DNA of 64,000 nucleotides from Escherichia coli (GTDB lineage Bacteria; Pseudomonadota; Gammaproteobacteria; Enterobacterales; Enterobacteriaceae): NCBI RefSeq assembly GCF_024223415.1, contig NZ_CP100500.1; one strand, 5' to 3'. Shown piece by piece: positions 43,825 to 54,310 of this stretch (position 1 is its first letter; each line of letters starts with the position of its first letter). The notes under the pieces were generated by a model. It saw only the letters and a program-made list of their open reading frames with translations, ran no database searches and was not told where the DNA came from. The position numbers and the translations under genes were made by a program.

Positions 43825-44352
43825 CTAGAGACTCTCTCCTTCCTCATCAGGAATTAATTCAGCAGCACAAGCCTCGTAGGATTTTTCCTGAAGAGTGTAT
43901 CGCAGGTCATCAATGGCCTGCTGTACAACGCCGACGGCCTGAGGAGTCAGGGCGCAATCGCGTTCAAGAACATCCGGAATTGTCTCCAGAACCTGGACGA
44001 CAGCCTTTCTCATGGACGAATAGACGATGACTACTTCATCAACGGGGATGAGTTTTCGCTGCTCCTTTTCCAGCTTGATCCTTTCATTTTCAGACTGGTA
44101 CCAGTCCTTTCTCTCTTTCGGCTCCATACGGGATGGATCATGAACAGAGTCTGCTGCCTCATGCTTCACACTAAACAGGGCTGGCCCGACATGCTGCAGG
44201 GCGTAAACGGGGTTCCCCCTGACAGTCGCAGCCACAGGAGTGTTGGCCGCGAGGAGCCGTTTTTTTACTGTGTCCCGGTGAAGCCCAAAGGCCTCAGCGA
44301 TTTTAAAAACACTCCAGTAATAAGCATCACCGATCCCGCTCACATTTGACAT
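43825..44352 (-). CDS. Terminase small subunit (Nu1-like), about 175 aa
   Basis: Start at MSNVSGIGDAYYW with GGAG SD; N-terminal HTH-like region; immediately upstream of the large subunit. Confidence 0.7.
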   Translation of the reverse strand: MSNVSGIGDAYYWSVFKIAEAFGLHRDTVKKRLLAANTPVAATVRGNPVYALQHVGPALFSVKHEAADSVHDPSRMEPKERKDWYQSENERIKLEKEQRKLIPVDEVVIVYSSMRKAVVQVLETIPDVLERDCALTPQAVGVVQQAIDDLRYTLQEKSYEACAAELIPDEEGESL

Positions 44353-44524
44353 AAGCAACTCCATCTGGCAGGTGAAAATCATGTTTATTTATATATTTCA
44401 ATTAATTGCAAACTGGTCTAATGACAGGGAGAAAAAAATATTGTACAGGTGAAAAGAGAAATAACTTTTAATTATCAATAAATTACCAAACATGCTGCCG
44501 CCGCCATGGAAATGCAAAAACTAG

Positions 44525-44610
44525 CCTTTTTCCGCGACGCTCCCGCCCCGTGGCAGGGGCCCCCACCGGGAGGACCCGACAGCCTGACAGCCTGACAGCC
44601 TGACAGCCGT
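44525..44610. repeat. GC-rich tract followed by 3.5 tandem copies of the octamer GACAGCCT; candidate cos / terminase-binding region
   Basis: cccgacagcctgacagcctgacagcctgacagccgtgac read directly, about 230 bp upstream of the small-terminase start. Confidence 0.35.
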
Positions 44611-44744
44611 GACGAGCATCTGATACAGCGCTTTACATAATGGCATAGGAATAATTCAGAAGGACATCACAGCATGCCCACACAAATTAGTGTGAGTGTC
44701 CTGTTTCTTCCTACGCACAGGACTGACGAGCATGAGGGGAAAAT

Positions 44745-44915
44745 ATGCGAACCATAAATGCCTCATCTTCAGCAATGCAGCCGGCATCCGAACAGGACGA
44801 TATTGTAAATTCACCTAATTACGAGGACATTGCAGTAGTTGAATTGCAGCTCTGTATTAGCCTGACAGTGACAGAATGCGATATTGACTCTGTCACAGGT
44901 GAAATAGTTTGAATG
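44745..44915 (+). CDS. Hypothetical small acidic protein, 56 aa
   Basis: ATG preceded by GAGGGGA SD; MRTINASSSAMQPASEQDDIVNSPNYEDIAVVELQLCISLTVTECDIDSVTGEIV; not on track. Confidence 0.3.
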
Positions 44916-44932
44916 ATTAGCAGTTATGGTGC

Positions 44933-45139
44933 TCAGTCAACCACCAGGGAATAATCCTTCGAATTCTTATCGTGCTTCACCAACGCTGCCTCAATTGCCC
45001 TGAATGCTTCCAGAGACACCTGATGTTCTATACATGCAATTACAACATCCGGGTAACTCATAGAAATGGTGCTATTAAGCATATTTTTTACACGAATCAG
45101 ATCCAACGAGAGTTCATCAGCAGATTGTTCTTTATTCAT
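44933..45139 (-). CDS. Hypothetical protein, 68 aa (position of K-12 ynfO)
   Basis: ORF with GGAG SD. Confidence 0.5.
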   Translation of the reverse strand: MNKEQSADELSLDLIRVKNMLNSTISMSYPDVVIACIEHQVSLEAFRAIEAALVKHDKNSKDYSLVVD

Positions 45140-45439
45140 TTTGTCGCTCCATGCGTTTGCTCGTCATCTAGCGGTTAAAATATTACTTCAAATCTTACTG
45201 CATAAAAGAGGAAAAGTATGAAAGTTTGAGTACATCGACCTTACATACATCTGTCGGTTGCATATCCCTCCTGGATGCCAGCAAGGCTCAATTTTGTTAC
45301 GCAATCAACACTATTCATTAAAAACAGGCTTAATATTTGACATAAATCATCAACAAAACACAAAGAGGTCAGACCAGATTGAAACAATAAACACGATAAT
45401 GCAAACTACGCGCCATCGTATCACATGGAAGGTTTACCA

Positions 45440-45850
45440 ATGGCTCAGGCTGCCATTTTTAAAGAAATATTCGATCAAGTGCGTAAAGATTTAAACTGTG
45501 AATTATTTTATTCTGAGCTAAAACGTCACAATATCTCACTTTATATTTACTATTTAGCCACAGATAATATTCACATTGTGTTAGAAAACGACAACATAGT
45601 GTTAGTAAAAGGACTCAAAAAGGTTGTAAATGTTAAATTCTCCAGAAACAAACATCTTATAGAGACCTCCTATAATAAGTTGAAATCAAAAGAAATCACA
45701 TTTCAACAATACAGGGAAAATCTTGCTAAAGCAGGAGTTTTCCGATGGGTTACAAATATCCAGGAACACCAAAGATATTACTATGCCTTTGATAACTCAT
45801 TACTATTTACTGAAAGCATCCAGAAAACTACACAGATCTTACCACGCTAA
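45440..45850 (+). CDS. ydfO: YdfO (DUF1398), 136 aa
   Basis: Start at [19 protein letters not shown]; recognised sequence. Confidence 0.85.
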   Translation: MAQAAIFKEIFDQVRKDLNCELFYSELKRHNISLYIYYLATDNIHIVLENDNIVLVKGLKKVVNVKFSRNKHLIETSYNKLKSKEITFQQYRENLAKAGVFRWVTNIQEHQRYYYAFDNSLLFTESIQKTTQILPR

Positions 45851-46001
45851 ACCATAACGTCCGGCTTCTCTCACTCCTGAGCCGGACTGCATTGGTTTAA
45901 TAAAAACCATCAACAATTGTGATTTAGATATTCGGAACCATTCAAATATAACAAAACCCCGTAAAAACGAGGTTTATGGATAAATTTTATTATTGAATAC
46001 A

Positions 46002-46175
46002 TCAGATTAAATTAATCTTGACATCATAGCTTTCAAGACCCGTCATTTTTTCCCGTGCGGTAAACTGAATACTGGTAACTTCTTTCCCGGTCTTTTTCTT
46101 AAGTTCAATAATTTTTTTTGTTATATATTCAGAAATATCTGCTTCTGCTTTTGTTTTTAAGTTTTCAATATTCAT
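46002..46175 (-). CDS. gnsB: GnsB (GnsA/GnsB family), 57 aa
   Basis: ATG with AGAGGA SD; MNIENLKTKAEADISEYITKKIIELKKKTGKEVTSIQFTAREKMTGLESYDVKINLI; not on track. Confidence 0.8.
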   Translation of the reverse strand: MNIENLKTKAEADISEYITKKIIELKKKTGKEVTSIQFTAREKMTGLESYDVKINLI

Positions 46176-46346
46176 CATTTCCTCTTTTAGTCTGTTATGA
46201 CTTTCCAGTTACACAGTAAGTCGATTATATGGTGCAAACGTGTAAAAGATAAGATGAAACATCGCAATAATCAACATACGATAGTCTAAATTTTACACAA
46301 ACAGACAAAGAGAATTTTCCTGAATTATCAATACAATAGCATCAAA

Positions 46347-46577
46347 TCAACTCAAGAGCCTTATTGCTGCTTCCAGAATTTCTTCTGAAGTAACATGTCG
46401 ATCCGCGGCTACATAAATGACTTTATGATCTCCGGTCAGAGATGGAAACCCTGCGGCCATTACAGTAAGGTGTGTTTTTTCGCCATTTGGATATTCACGC
46501 ATGATGGTGTTAACTCCAGTCATCGCTGGCACTACCACTGCTGGTTCAGAGTTAAAAAAAACTATGATTTTTTTCAT
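46347..46577 (-). CDS. Small prophage protein (YnfN-like), about 76 aa
   Basis: Start at MKKIIVFFNSEPAVVV; position between gnsB and cspI. Confidence 0.55.
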   Translation of the reverse strand: MKKIIVFFNSEPAVVVPAMTGVNTIMREYPNGEKTHLTVMAAGFPSLTGDHKVIYVAADRHVTSEEILEAAIRLLS

Positions 46578-46848
46578 GATGTTACCGTAGTATGTGAGTA
46601 TCCATCGAATAGATACCAAGCAAAAAAGCTCCCGAAGGAGCCTTCATTTTCACTTTTTTAAATCCAACGACAGACGGCTGGCATTTAAGTATTGTGAAAT
46701 ATTATCAAATGTAATCATCATTGATTTACAAAAGATACATTTTGCCCCGAAAGGATTCATGTCAGAAACATCAAAAGATGATGTTCTATACTGGGAACCA
46801 TGACAACACGGGCATCTAAAGTGAATATGGTTTGTAATATTGTCTACC

Positions 46849-47061
46849 TCAAAGCGCCACTACATGAACAGCGGCAGGACCTTTAGGTCCGTTCTCAATA
46901 CCAAATTCAACTTCCTGATTCTCAGTTAATGTTTTGAAATCGTTGCTCTGAATTGCTGAGAAATGGACAAACACATCTTTGCTGCCATCTTTCGGCGTGA
47001 TGAAACCAAAACCTTTTTCAGGGTTAAACCATTTCACTAAACCAGTCATTTTGTTAGACAT
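46849..47061 (-). CDS. cspI: Cold-shock protein CspI (CspA family), 70 aa
   Basis: RNP1/RNP2 motifs KGFGFI and VFVHF. Confidence 0.9.
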   Translation of the reverse strand: MSNKMTGLVKWFNPEKGFGFITPKDGSKDVFVHFSAIQSNDFKTLTENQEVEFGIENGPKGPAAVHVVAL

Positions 47062-47424
47062 AATTATTACCTTTTGAAGAAATTAGCCCTTGGGCAGAAT
47101 GGTCCGAAAAAAAATATCAGAGAGAAAAACCAACAAGGAAATCTCAAGAGGTACAAATAATAAAATTATAACAATGACTGCTTCAGATAAATTTGTAACA
47201 AACCAGAACACCATTAACGCATGATTAACCACCCATAGCAAGGATTACTTTTGTAAAGAAAAACACAGCAATGAAAGAATAGCTTTATTTATTAATAATA
47301 ACGTGTCATTCTGATTAAGACCTTTTATCTTACCCTTAAGATTTCAGGAATTTTGGCTCATGGAAGAGTCCTTTTTATTTAAATTTTACATTCCGCGATG
47401 TAAATGTTCCGATTTAATATTACC

Positions 47425-48448
<1,024 letters not shown>

Positions 48449-48452
<4 letters not shown>

Positions 48453-48760
48453 ATATATTTATGATGAGCACGCTCGTGCTTATTGGCAGGATTTTCAATC
48501 TTAAAGGAGTACTGATGCTGCAGATAAGACTCAACTTTTTCTGACAATTTTTCTGCTACTTCCAGGAAGACTTGCCGGACGCTCCTTCTGGCTGCTGCCT
48601 CATAAAACTCCAGCGCAGCTCCTTCAACACGGTCCATGGCGACATCCAGGTCAAAAATTTCACCGTCAAAGCGTTCTTTGTCCTGTAAGGCTACAGTTAC
48701 CGTAACTTTATTCTCAAAATTACGGACTCCTTTCACAACCAGTTCATAGTCTTGAGTCAT
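48449..48760 (-). CDS. ydfR: YdfR (DUF1327), 103 aa
   Basis: ORF between holin and endolysin. Confidence 0.8.
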
Positions 48761-48764
48761 TGGA

Positions 48765-48980
48765 TTACTCTCCTCTCGCAGCCTTACGCCTGTCTTCTTT
48801 AATCTTGAAATAAAGATTTGTCAGATACGTCAGCAGGCCAAAAACCAGGCTACCCAGCACACCGATTGCAGCCCACTGTGACGGAGTTACTTTATCGAGT
48901 AACTGCAATGCCCAGAAACCAGCATTACCCGCCGATGTGCCATAGGCAACACCTGTTGTTAACTTATCCATTGATTTCAT
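48765..48980 (-). CDS. essQ: Class II holin / pinholin (S21-like) with dual-start motif MKSM, 71 aa
   Basis: Start at [14 protein letters not shown]; two TM segments; C-terminal charged tail. Confidence 0.85.
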   Translation of the reverse strand: MKSMDKLTTGVAYGTSAGNAGFWALQLLDKVTPSQWAAIGVLGSLVFGLLTYLTNLYFKIKEDRRKAARGE

Positions 48981-49199
48981 ATCCTCACCCCGATGTACAC
49001 GGATGGTGCAATATGTTTGAAAAGATCGGAGTCTACGGGGTAGTTTTGACAGCACACGCTGTTCTCAACGGCGCTAAAGAAACATACACATTAAAAATGT
49101 GAGTAATTATTTTGAAAGAAAGTCATATATAAAATAATAATACGAGAAATGTTTTCATATTTAGTGTACTGTATACGGCCATTTATACAGGAAAAGCCT

Positions 49200-49370
49200 A
49201 TGTCAGAACGTAAAGACTCAAAATCACGCCGTAATTATCTCGTTAAATGTTCCTGCCCAAACTGCACCCAAGAGTCAGAACACAGTTTTTCAAGAGTACA
49301 AAAAGGTGCCCTTTTGATCTGCCCTCATTGCAACAAAGTATTCCAGACAAATCTTAAAGCTGTAGCCTGA
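49200..49370 (+). CDS. Small zinc-ribbon protein (2 x CxxC), 56 aa
   Basis: CPNC...CPHC motifs; AGGAAAAG SD. Confidence 0.5.
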   Translation: MSERKDSKSRRNYLVKCSCPNCTQESEHSFSRVQKGALLICPHCNKVFQTNLKAVA

Positions 49371-49431
49371 TTGATTTTATTAGTAACAAGTATTTTTTAT
49401 ATTTTAATAATATATTTAAAGCAGATAATAA

Positions 49432-49452
49432 AAAACCCGCCTGAGCGGGTTT
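49432..49452. terminator. Hairpin terminator (likely bidirectional) between the zinc-ribbon ORF and cspB
   Basis: AACCCGC-ctga-GCGGGTT stem flanked by an A-run and TTTGAG. Confidence 0.45.
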
Positions 49453-49733
49453 GAGATTGTGGTGCTTTTTGTGGGAGTCATCCACTTACGCACTTTGTTT
49501 TGCCATGCCAGCAGTTAGCTTCTGCTGTAAAACTATTCATGCAGCAAACCTGCACTTCACCACAATGGTTAGCATACTTTTCCTGATTAAGATTTTGCCA
49601 AATATGCTGGCCATTGTTTCATGTATTGGACCTCCTTAATTTTTATTAAAGAAATCCAATATTCACTACTCTGTCCGTATCTCTACTCAGGCATCAGCCT
49701 TCTTCGTTATCGTATACAGACGAGCGATGAATT

Positions 49734-49949
49734 TTAATCAGTAATGATGACATTTGCTGCTGCAGGACCTTTAGCACCACTCTCTATAGAGAAGGTAACC
49801 TTTTGACCTTCAAATAAGGTTCGATAATTATCATTCTGAATCGCAGAAAAATGCACAAACACATCTTTACTACCATCAACAGGAGAAATAAAGCCGAAAC
49901 CTTTATCAGCGTTAAACCATTTTACTAAACCAGTCATTTTATTTGACAT
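49734..49949 (-). CDS. cspB: Cold-shock protein CspB, 71 aa
   Basis: CspA-family RNP motifs. Confidence 0.9.
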   Translation of the reverse strand: MSNKMTGLVKWFNADKGFGFISPVDGSKDVFVHFSAIQNDNYRTLFEGQKVTFSIESGAKGPAAANVIITD

Positions 49950-50249
49950 TCTACATTCCTTAACTTGAGCCTTTCGGCATAAATGGTTTGCATAACAGAA
50001 ACGACTTCGTACTTAATTGGAGAGACTCAAAGAAGGAATAAGTGAATAACACCTGAAATGAGAACTGCTTTAGTAAACTACTTCGTATATCGTCTGTTCT
50101 TCAAACCGACGCAATCATTAACGCATAGTTGAACATATGAAGCAATGTTTATTTTAGACATCCAGCCATCTTCAACCCCATCAAAAAACTATAGCTTTCT
50201 TCAGGAACGTGTGTATAGTGCGCCAAGTTATCAGTATTAAGGAATTTTT

Positions 50250-50462
50250 TTGTCCCGTAAAATGACAGGAATTGTCAAAACCTTTGACGGCAAAAGCGGC
50301 AAGGGTCTTATCACCCCATCCGATGGTCGTATCGATGTCCAGCTTCATGTTTCAGCGCTCAATCTCCGCGATGCAGAAGAAATTACCACCGGATTACGCG
50401 TGGAATTTTGCCGGATAAATGGTCTGCGTGGCCCTTCAACTGCCAATGTTTACCTTTCATGA
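50250..50462 (+). CDS. cspF: Cold-shock-like protein CspF, 70 aa
   Basis: Divergent CspA-family member. Confidence 0.9.
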   Translation: MSRKMTGIVKTFDGKSGKGLITPSDGRIDVQLHVSALNLRDAEEITTGLRVEFCRINGLRGPSTANVYLS

Positions 50463-50755
50463 GCTATATTAAAGCTTTAATTTCAGGCCCCATCGGATCA
50501 CACATGGAGAGTTTTTATGAATAACCCCGTCTGTCTTGATGACTGGTTGATTGGCTTTAAAAGCTTATGCTGTACTTTGGCCGTAATAGCTCTGCTAATA
50601 ATATAATAAGCAGACTCATTGTGTTTAGGGACATTGTACTGGAAGAAAACATTTTAAACATCAGGCAAATAACCAAGTCACCAGCTAAATAATAAGTTAA
50701 CAGACATGAGTCCCGGGATGAGATTCAACATTACCATTGCCCCATTTAAAGCACA

Positions 50756-50779
50756 AAACCCGCTCATCAGCGGGTTTTC
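50756..50779 (-). terminator. Candidate tR'-like terminator downstream of the late promoter
   Basis: AAAACCCGCT-gatga-GCGGGTTTT stem followed by GTGCTTT on the minus strand. Confidence 0.35.
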
Positions 50780-50823
50780 TACTTTTTCTTAACGTCGGGT
50801 ATACAAAGCCCATCGTTGAAAAA

Positions 50824-50852
50824 ATTTTATCCATATTTTTTGAAAAATGCAA
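50824..50852 (-). promoter_or_regulatory. Candidate late promoter PR' (-35 TTGCAT, 17-bp spacer, -10 TAAAAT) just downstream of Q
   Basis: Minus strand reads TTGCATttttcaaaaaatatggaTAAAAT. Confidence 0.4.
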
Positions 50853-50883
50853 ACATCATGTCGCCATCTTCAGCAAAAATCAT

Positions 50884-51636
50884 TTATCTCGTCACCTTCC
50901 TCAATTGCGCTTCCGCGTATGCTTCTTCCTGCCAGCACTTTGTTACCAGTTTACCAATGACGTCCGCATACCCCTTATACCACTGATAATCGGTCAGGTC
51001 TGGTACCAGCTTCTGGACATGACGTCGTGCCAGCGTGGTCGGTAAACGACTAAACCGGTTTCCATTACAACGCCCACAAATCTTATATACCGGTACGCCA
51101 TGAAACCGGGTTCTTTTTTCATCCAGAACAATCCCTTTACCCTTACACCCTCTGCACGCTGTGCTGGCTTCGCCCTTACCATGGCAATGCTGACATAGTT
51201 CCTTCACCCATTCTTCCTTGATTACAGATTCCCCGCGTCTGTAGTGTTTCACCACTTCGCGCAATACATTATAAAATCCCGTACCTGAACAATGCTCACA
51301 GCGAGCCTTACTTGCCGCAGACCTGGAGTAATCAGCAAAGGCAAAACTCACGAGGTAAGGAATAATCTGTAACCGGATTTCTTCACTCAATTTGTTCAAT
51401 GTCGGGTTATCCAGTGCCATCGCGTAATTTAGCAGGCCTTCAATCGCAAACTGAGGGTCCTGAACACCAACTTTTGCCAGAAATAAGGCCAACCCAAGTG
51501 GTGCTTTCGACTGCACCATCCCCTGCGCTGCCATTACATCCGTAATTGTTAAACAACCGGTGCCTGTCGCTGGAGCGTCATCGCTCAATTTTGGAGATTT
51601 TGGGGAGTAATATTTTGGTAAGGCTTCAAGGTTCAT
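50884..51636 (-). CDS. quuQ: Late-gene antiterminator Q (QuuQ), 250 aa
   Basis: Start at MNLEALPKYYSPKSPK; several CxxC zinc-binding motifs. Confidence 0.85.
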   Translation of the reverse strand: MNLEALPKYYSPKSPKLSDDAPATGTGCLTITDVMAAQGMVQSKAPLGLALFLAKVGVQDPQFAIEGLLNYAMALDNPTLNKLSEEIRLQIIPYLVSFAFADYSRSAASKARCEHCSGTGFYNVLREVVKHYRRGESVIKEEWVKELCQHCHGKGEASTACRGCKGKGIVLDEKRTRFHGVPVYKICGRCNGNRFSRLPTTLARRHVQKLVPDLTDYQWYKGYADVIGKLVTKCWQEEAYAEAQLRKVTR

Positions 51637-51649
51637 GCTCGTTCTCCAC

Positions 51650-52738
51650 TTACGCCAGTACGCCAATTGCCAGCGCGCGATCGATAAAACGAAATATCAG
51701 CTCCAGTTGGGAGCCATACTTCTCTTCAAATGCCACTGTATCCGTATGCAGCTCGTTGTAATGCTTTCTGCACAAAGGCAACACAAAGAGATCATGTGCT
51801 TTTGTTCCCATTCCGCCCTGCCCGTGACCAATCAGATGATGCGGATCGTCGGCTGGCATACCGCAGCAAGCACACGGCTGTGTCTTAACCCAACGTGTGT
51901 ATTTCTCCTTAACCCAGCGGCGACGTTTAGGCAGCTTCATGAAAGATTCCGGAGACTCTGGATCAACGGTGATGCTTACCACCGTCTTTTCCTGTGGTAG
52001 TTTTTGTTGCTGGTGGGCGTAAGGCAACGGTACAAGATTTTTTGTGCGTTGTTTCAATATGCTGGTGGCGGTCTGCTCTCCCGGTACGATGTCGCTTTCG
52101 CGGTACACCGAGCAGATTTTTTCCGCTGGTAATCCCAGCGAACGACGCGATACAGCCTCAGGTAGTGCATCCACCACCTGATTGCAGACCGCCCACCAGG
52201 ATAATTCAGCCAAAGATAATTCCCGCTCCTGCGTACCGCTTATTGCGTGACGGATGACGTCAATCACCCATGCTGTCAGATTTTGTTGAGCAAGCAGCTC
52301 CAGTGATTCCGATGTCTGGTCACGCAGTTGGTTGTCGCAGTGCCAACACAACACCATTGCGCCGGTACCATAACGGTGAATGACTGTTTCAGTGTGATGG
52401 TAATCGCCATTAGGCCACTGGCAGGATGTAACATGACGTAATAGCCAGTCAGACAATGAGCCAACGCCGCCAGCAGCACGAATCACCCGTTCGTTACTAA
52501 AAAACGGCAGCAATGTTTTGTCTTCCGCCAGCGGCTGGCCAACGGCAGGAACGACTCCGGATGGCAGATTACGCATGCTTTTTGGTTCCGGTTCCACCAG
52601 CACTCGAGGATTATGAAATATCTGTATGGATTCACGGCCCGGCTTAAGGACCACCAGCCCAAGCTCAGGCACCAGAACAAGTCTAAGTAATACCCGCACG
52701 TTACCTCCAGATCCGTTGCTGGAAAGTGCGGGACGCAC
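51650..52738 (-). CDS. ydfU: YdfU (DUF968, C-terminal Cys/His HNH-like motif); N-terminal start uncertain
   Basis: C-terminal CACCGMPADDPHHLIGHGQGGMGTKAHDLFVLPLCRKHY; low-complexity N-terminus. Confidence 0.75.
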   Translation of the reverse strand: MRPALSSNGSGGNVRVLLRLVLVPELGLVVLKPGRESIQIFHNPRVLVEPEPKSMRNLPSGVVPAVGQPLAEDKTLLPFFSNERVIRAAGGVGSLSDWLLRHVTSCQWPNGDYHHTETVIHRYGTGAMVLCWHCDNQLRDQTSESLELLAQQNLTAWVIDVIRHAISGTQERELSLAELSWWAVCNQVVDALPEAVSRRSLGLPAEKICSVYRESDIVPGEQTATSILKQRTKNLVPLPYAHQQQKLPQEKTVVSITVDPESPESFMKLPKRRRWVKEKYTRWVKTQPCACCGMPADDPHHLIGHGQGGMGTKAHDLFVLPLCRKHYNELHTDTVAFEEKYGSQLELIFRFIDRALAIGVLA

Positions 52739-52979
52739 GTGGTGGGCGTTCGGAGTAAGGCAATCTGACTGAGATTATCCAGTGACGGTAGTCGAGACTA
52801 AGGGCTTTCTTAACCTCGTATCCGCGCCTGCGGTAACACTGAATTATCCATTCAGCCTGCTCTTCAGTGCATGGAGGGTGTTGGAACCATTCAGACTTGA
52901 ATGCGTGAGAATACCGCTCGTGCGTGCAGGCAAGAACGGGCGAATTATCAGAATTGTAATATTTTACGTTGCGTGCCAT
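52701..52979 (-). CDS. rem: Rem-like small prophage protein
   Basis: Position upstream of ydfU; overlaps the ydfU 5' end. Confidence 0.5.
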   Translation of the reverse strand: MARNVKYYNSDNSPVLACTHERYSHAFKSEWFQHPPCTEEQAEWIIQCYRRRGYEVKKALSLDYRHWIISVRLPYSERPPRASRTFQQRIWR

Positions 52980-53045
52980 CGGTTTTCTCCGGTGGCACGG
53001 TGTTACTCAGCGGGAGTTCAGCCCCGCGCAAGATTGTAGATGAGT

Positions 53046-53297
53046 TTATTCTTCTGCAAAAGCTGAAAAGCCTGCTTTTATTCCGATCTCTTTCAGTGCC
53101 TGTAATGAAGTGACAAACTCACCTTCGCGCAAGATAAATCTGTCTGTCACTCGACCATCCACAAAATTAATTAACGCAGCCCCATTCTTTCGCAAACACA
53201 TAATGCGGTAATGACTAACAAGATTTCCATTTTCAACGCACACAGCATAGAGGCCATCTTCACAAAAAATTTTACGCAGTTCTTCGATGTTCATCAT
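53046..53297 (-). CDS. Hypothetical protein, 83 aa (nin-region position)
   Basis: ORF with GGAAGGA SD; no recognised motif. Confidence 0.5.
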   Translation of the reverse strand: MMNIEELRKIFCEDGLYAVCVENGNLVSHYRIMCLRKNGAALINFVDGRVTDRFILREGEFVTSLQALKEIGIKAGFSAFAEE

Positions 53298-53416
53298 CAG
53301 AATCCTTCCGGATAATTAGCTCTCCCCTTTAAGGGACCATCCCTCTTATCCCTGCGCGCTACTTAAGTATTTTTGATTCTATTCCGGCACCGTCCAGAAC
53401 TTCAAACGCGTTGAAA

Positions 53417-53445
53417 ATAAAAACAAAAACCCGCCGAAGCGGGTT
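53417..53445 (-). terminator. Rho-independent terminator ending the relB-relE-hokD transcription unit
   Basis: CCCGC-ttcg-GCGGG stem followed by TTTTTGTTTTTATTTT on the minus strand. Confidence 0.6.
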
Positions 53446-53513
53446 AAGTGCGGGTGCGTTGAGGATGCCTGCCACATCAGAGGTGGCGAGGGATTTCTCC
53501 CCCGCCGGGTCTC

Positions 53514-53669
53514 TTACTCCTCAGGTTCGTAAGCTGTGAAGACAGCGACCTCCGTCTGGCCGGTTCGGATTCGTACCTCGCAGAGGTCTTTCCTCGTTAC
53601 CAGTGCCGTCACTATGACGGTTAAACAGATGACGATCAGGGCGATTAACATCGCCTTTTGCTGCTTCAT
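53514..53669 (-). CDS. hokD: Hok-family membrane toxin HokD (RelF), 51 aa
   Basis: MKQQKAMLIALIVICLTVIVTALVTRKDLCEVRIRTGQTEVAVFTAYEPEE; not on track. Confidence 0.85.
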   Translation of the reverse strand: MKQQKAMLIALIVICLTVIVTALVTRKDLCEVRIRTGQTEVAVFTAYEPEE

Positions 53670-53740
53670 AGCCTGCTTCTCCTGTCAACGCAAAGCAGAA
53701 GTGTCACCTTCGGTGCGAAACAGAGATGTCATGCTTTGGT

Positions 53741-54028
53741 TCAGAGAATGCGTTTGACCGCCTCGCTATATACTTCCGAGCGTTCTCTTTTCCCAACAGA
53801 AATCACGAAAACGACAACTTTCTCGTCTATAACCTGGTATACAAGGCGATAGCCTGAAGACCGGAGCTTAATCTTGTAACAATCAGGCATACCACGGAGC
53901 TTGTTTGCTTCAATCCGGGGTGACTCAAGTACTTCAACCAGCTTCTTTTTCAACTGTTCACGTACCGTCGAGCCCAGCTTTCGCCATTCCTTTAGTGCCC
54001 GCTCGTCAAAATCCAGAAAATACGCCAT
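53741..54028 (-). CDS. relE: mRNA interferase toxin RelE, 95 aa
   Basis: Recognised RelE sequence. Confidence 0.9.
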   Translation of the reverse strand: MAYFLDFDERALKEWRKLGSTVREQLKKKLVEVLESPRIEANKLRGMPDCYKIKLRSSGYRLVYQVIDEKVVVFVISVGKRERSEVYSEAVKRIL

Positions 54029-54267
54029 CAGAGTTCATCCAGCGTCACACGTACTGGCTTAGGATTACGAAGCCGTTCTTTCACTATCTCCACAAGTTCA
54101 GCATCTTCATCACTCAGGAGTGTCTGTTTGAACGGCAAGCGTTCATTGTCAGCGATATACTCGAGCATGAGACGAAGCGCTTCAGAAGGAGTTACACCCA
54201 TTTTTTCAAGCGCGGCGTAAGAACGCGCTTTAAGTTCATCGTCAATACGCAGGTTAATGCTACCCAT
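54028..54267 (-). CDS. relB: Antitoxin RelB (RHH), 79 aa
   Basis: Recognised RelB sequence; stop overlaps the relE start. Confidence 0.9.
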   Translation of the reverse strand: MGSINLRIDDELKARSYAALEKMGVTPSEALRLMLEYIADNERLPFKQTLLSDEDAELVEIVKERLRNPKPVRVTLDEL

Positions 54268-54274
54268 GTCTTAC

Positions 54275-54310
54275 ACCTCTTGTAATTACAAATGTCATTA
54301 CAAGTATCGC
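54275..54310 (-). promoter_or_regulatory. relBE promoter/operator (relO) with inverted hexad repeats
   Basis: cTTGTAATTACAAatgTCATTACAAG palindromic repeats immediately upstream of relB. Confidence 0.6.

Noticed and set aside
44576-44606. Short tandem octamer repeats (GACAGCCT x 3.5) considered as a possible CRISPR array
   Set aside because: Repeats are contiguous with no spacers and only 8 bp long, and no cas genes are nearby; better explained as a terminase or protein-binding repeat.
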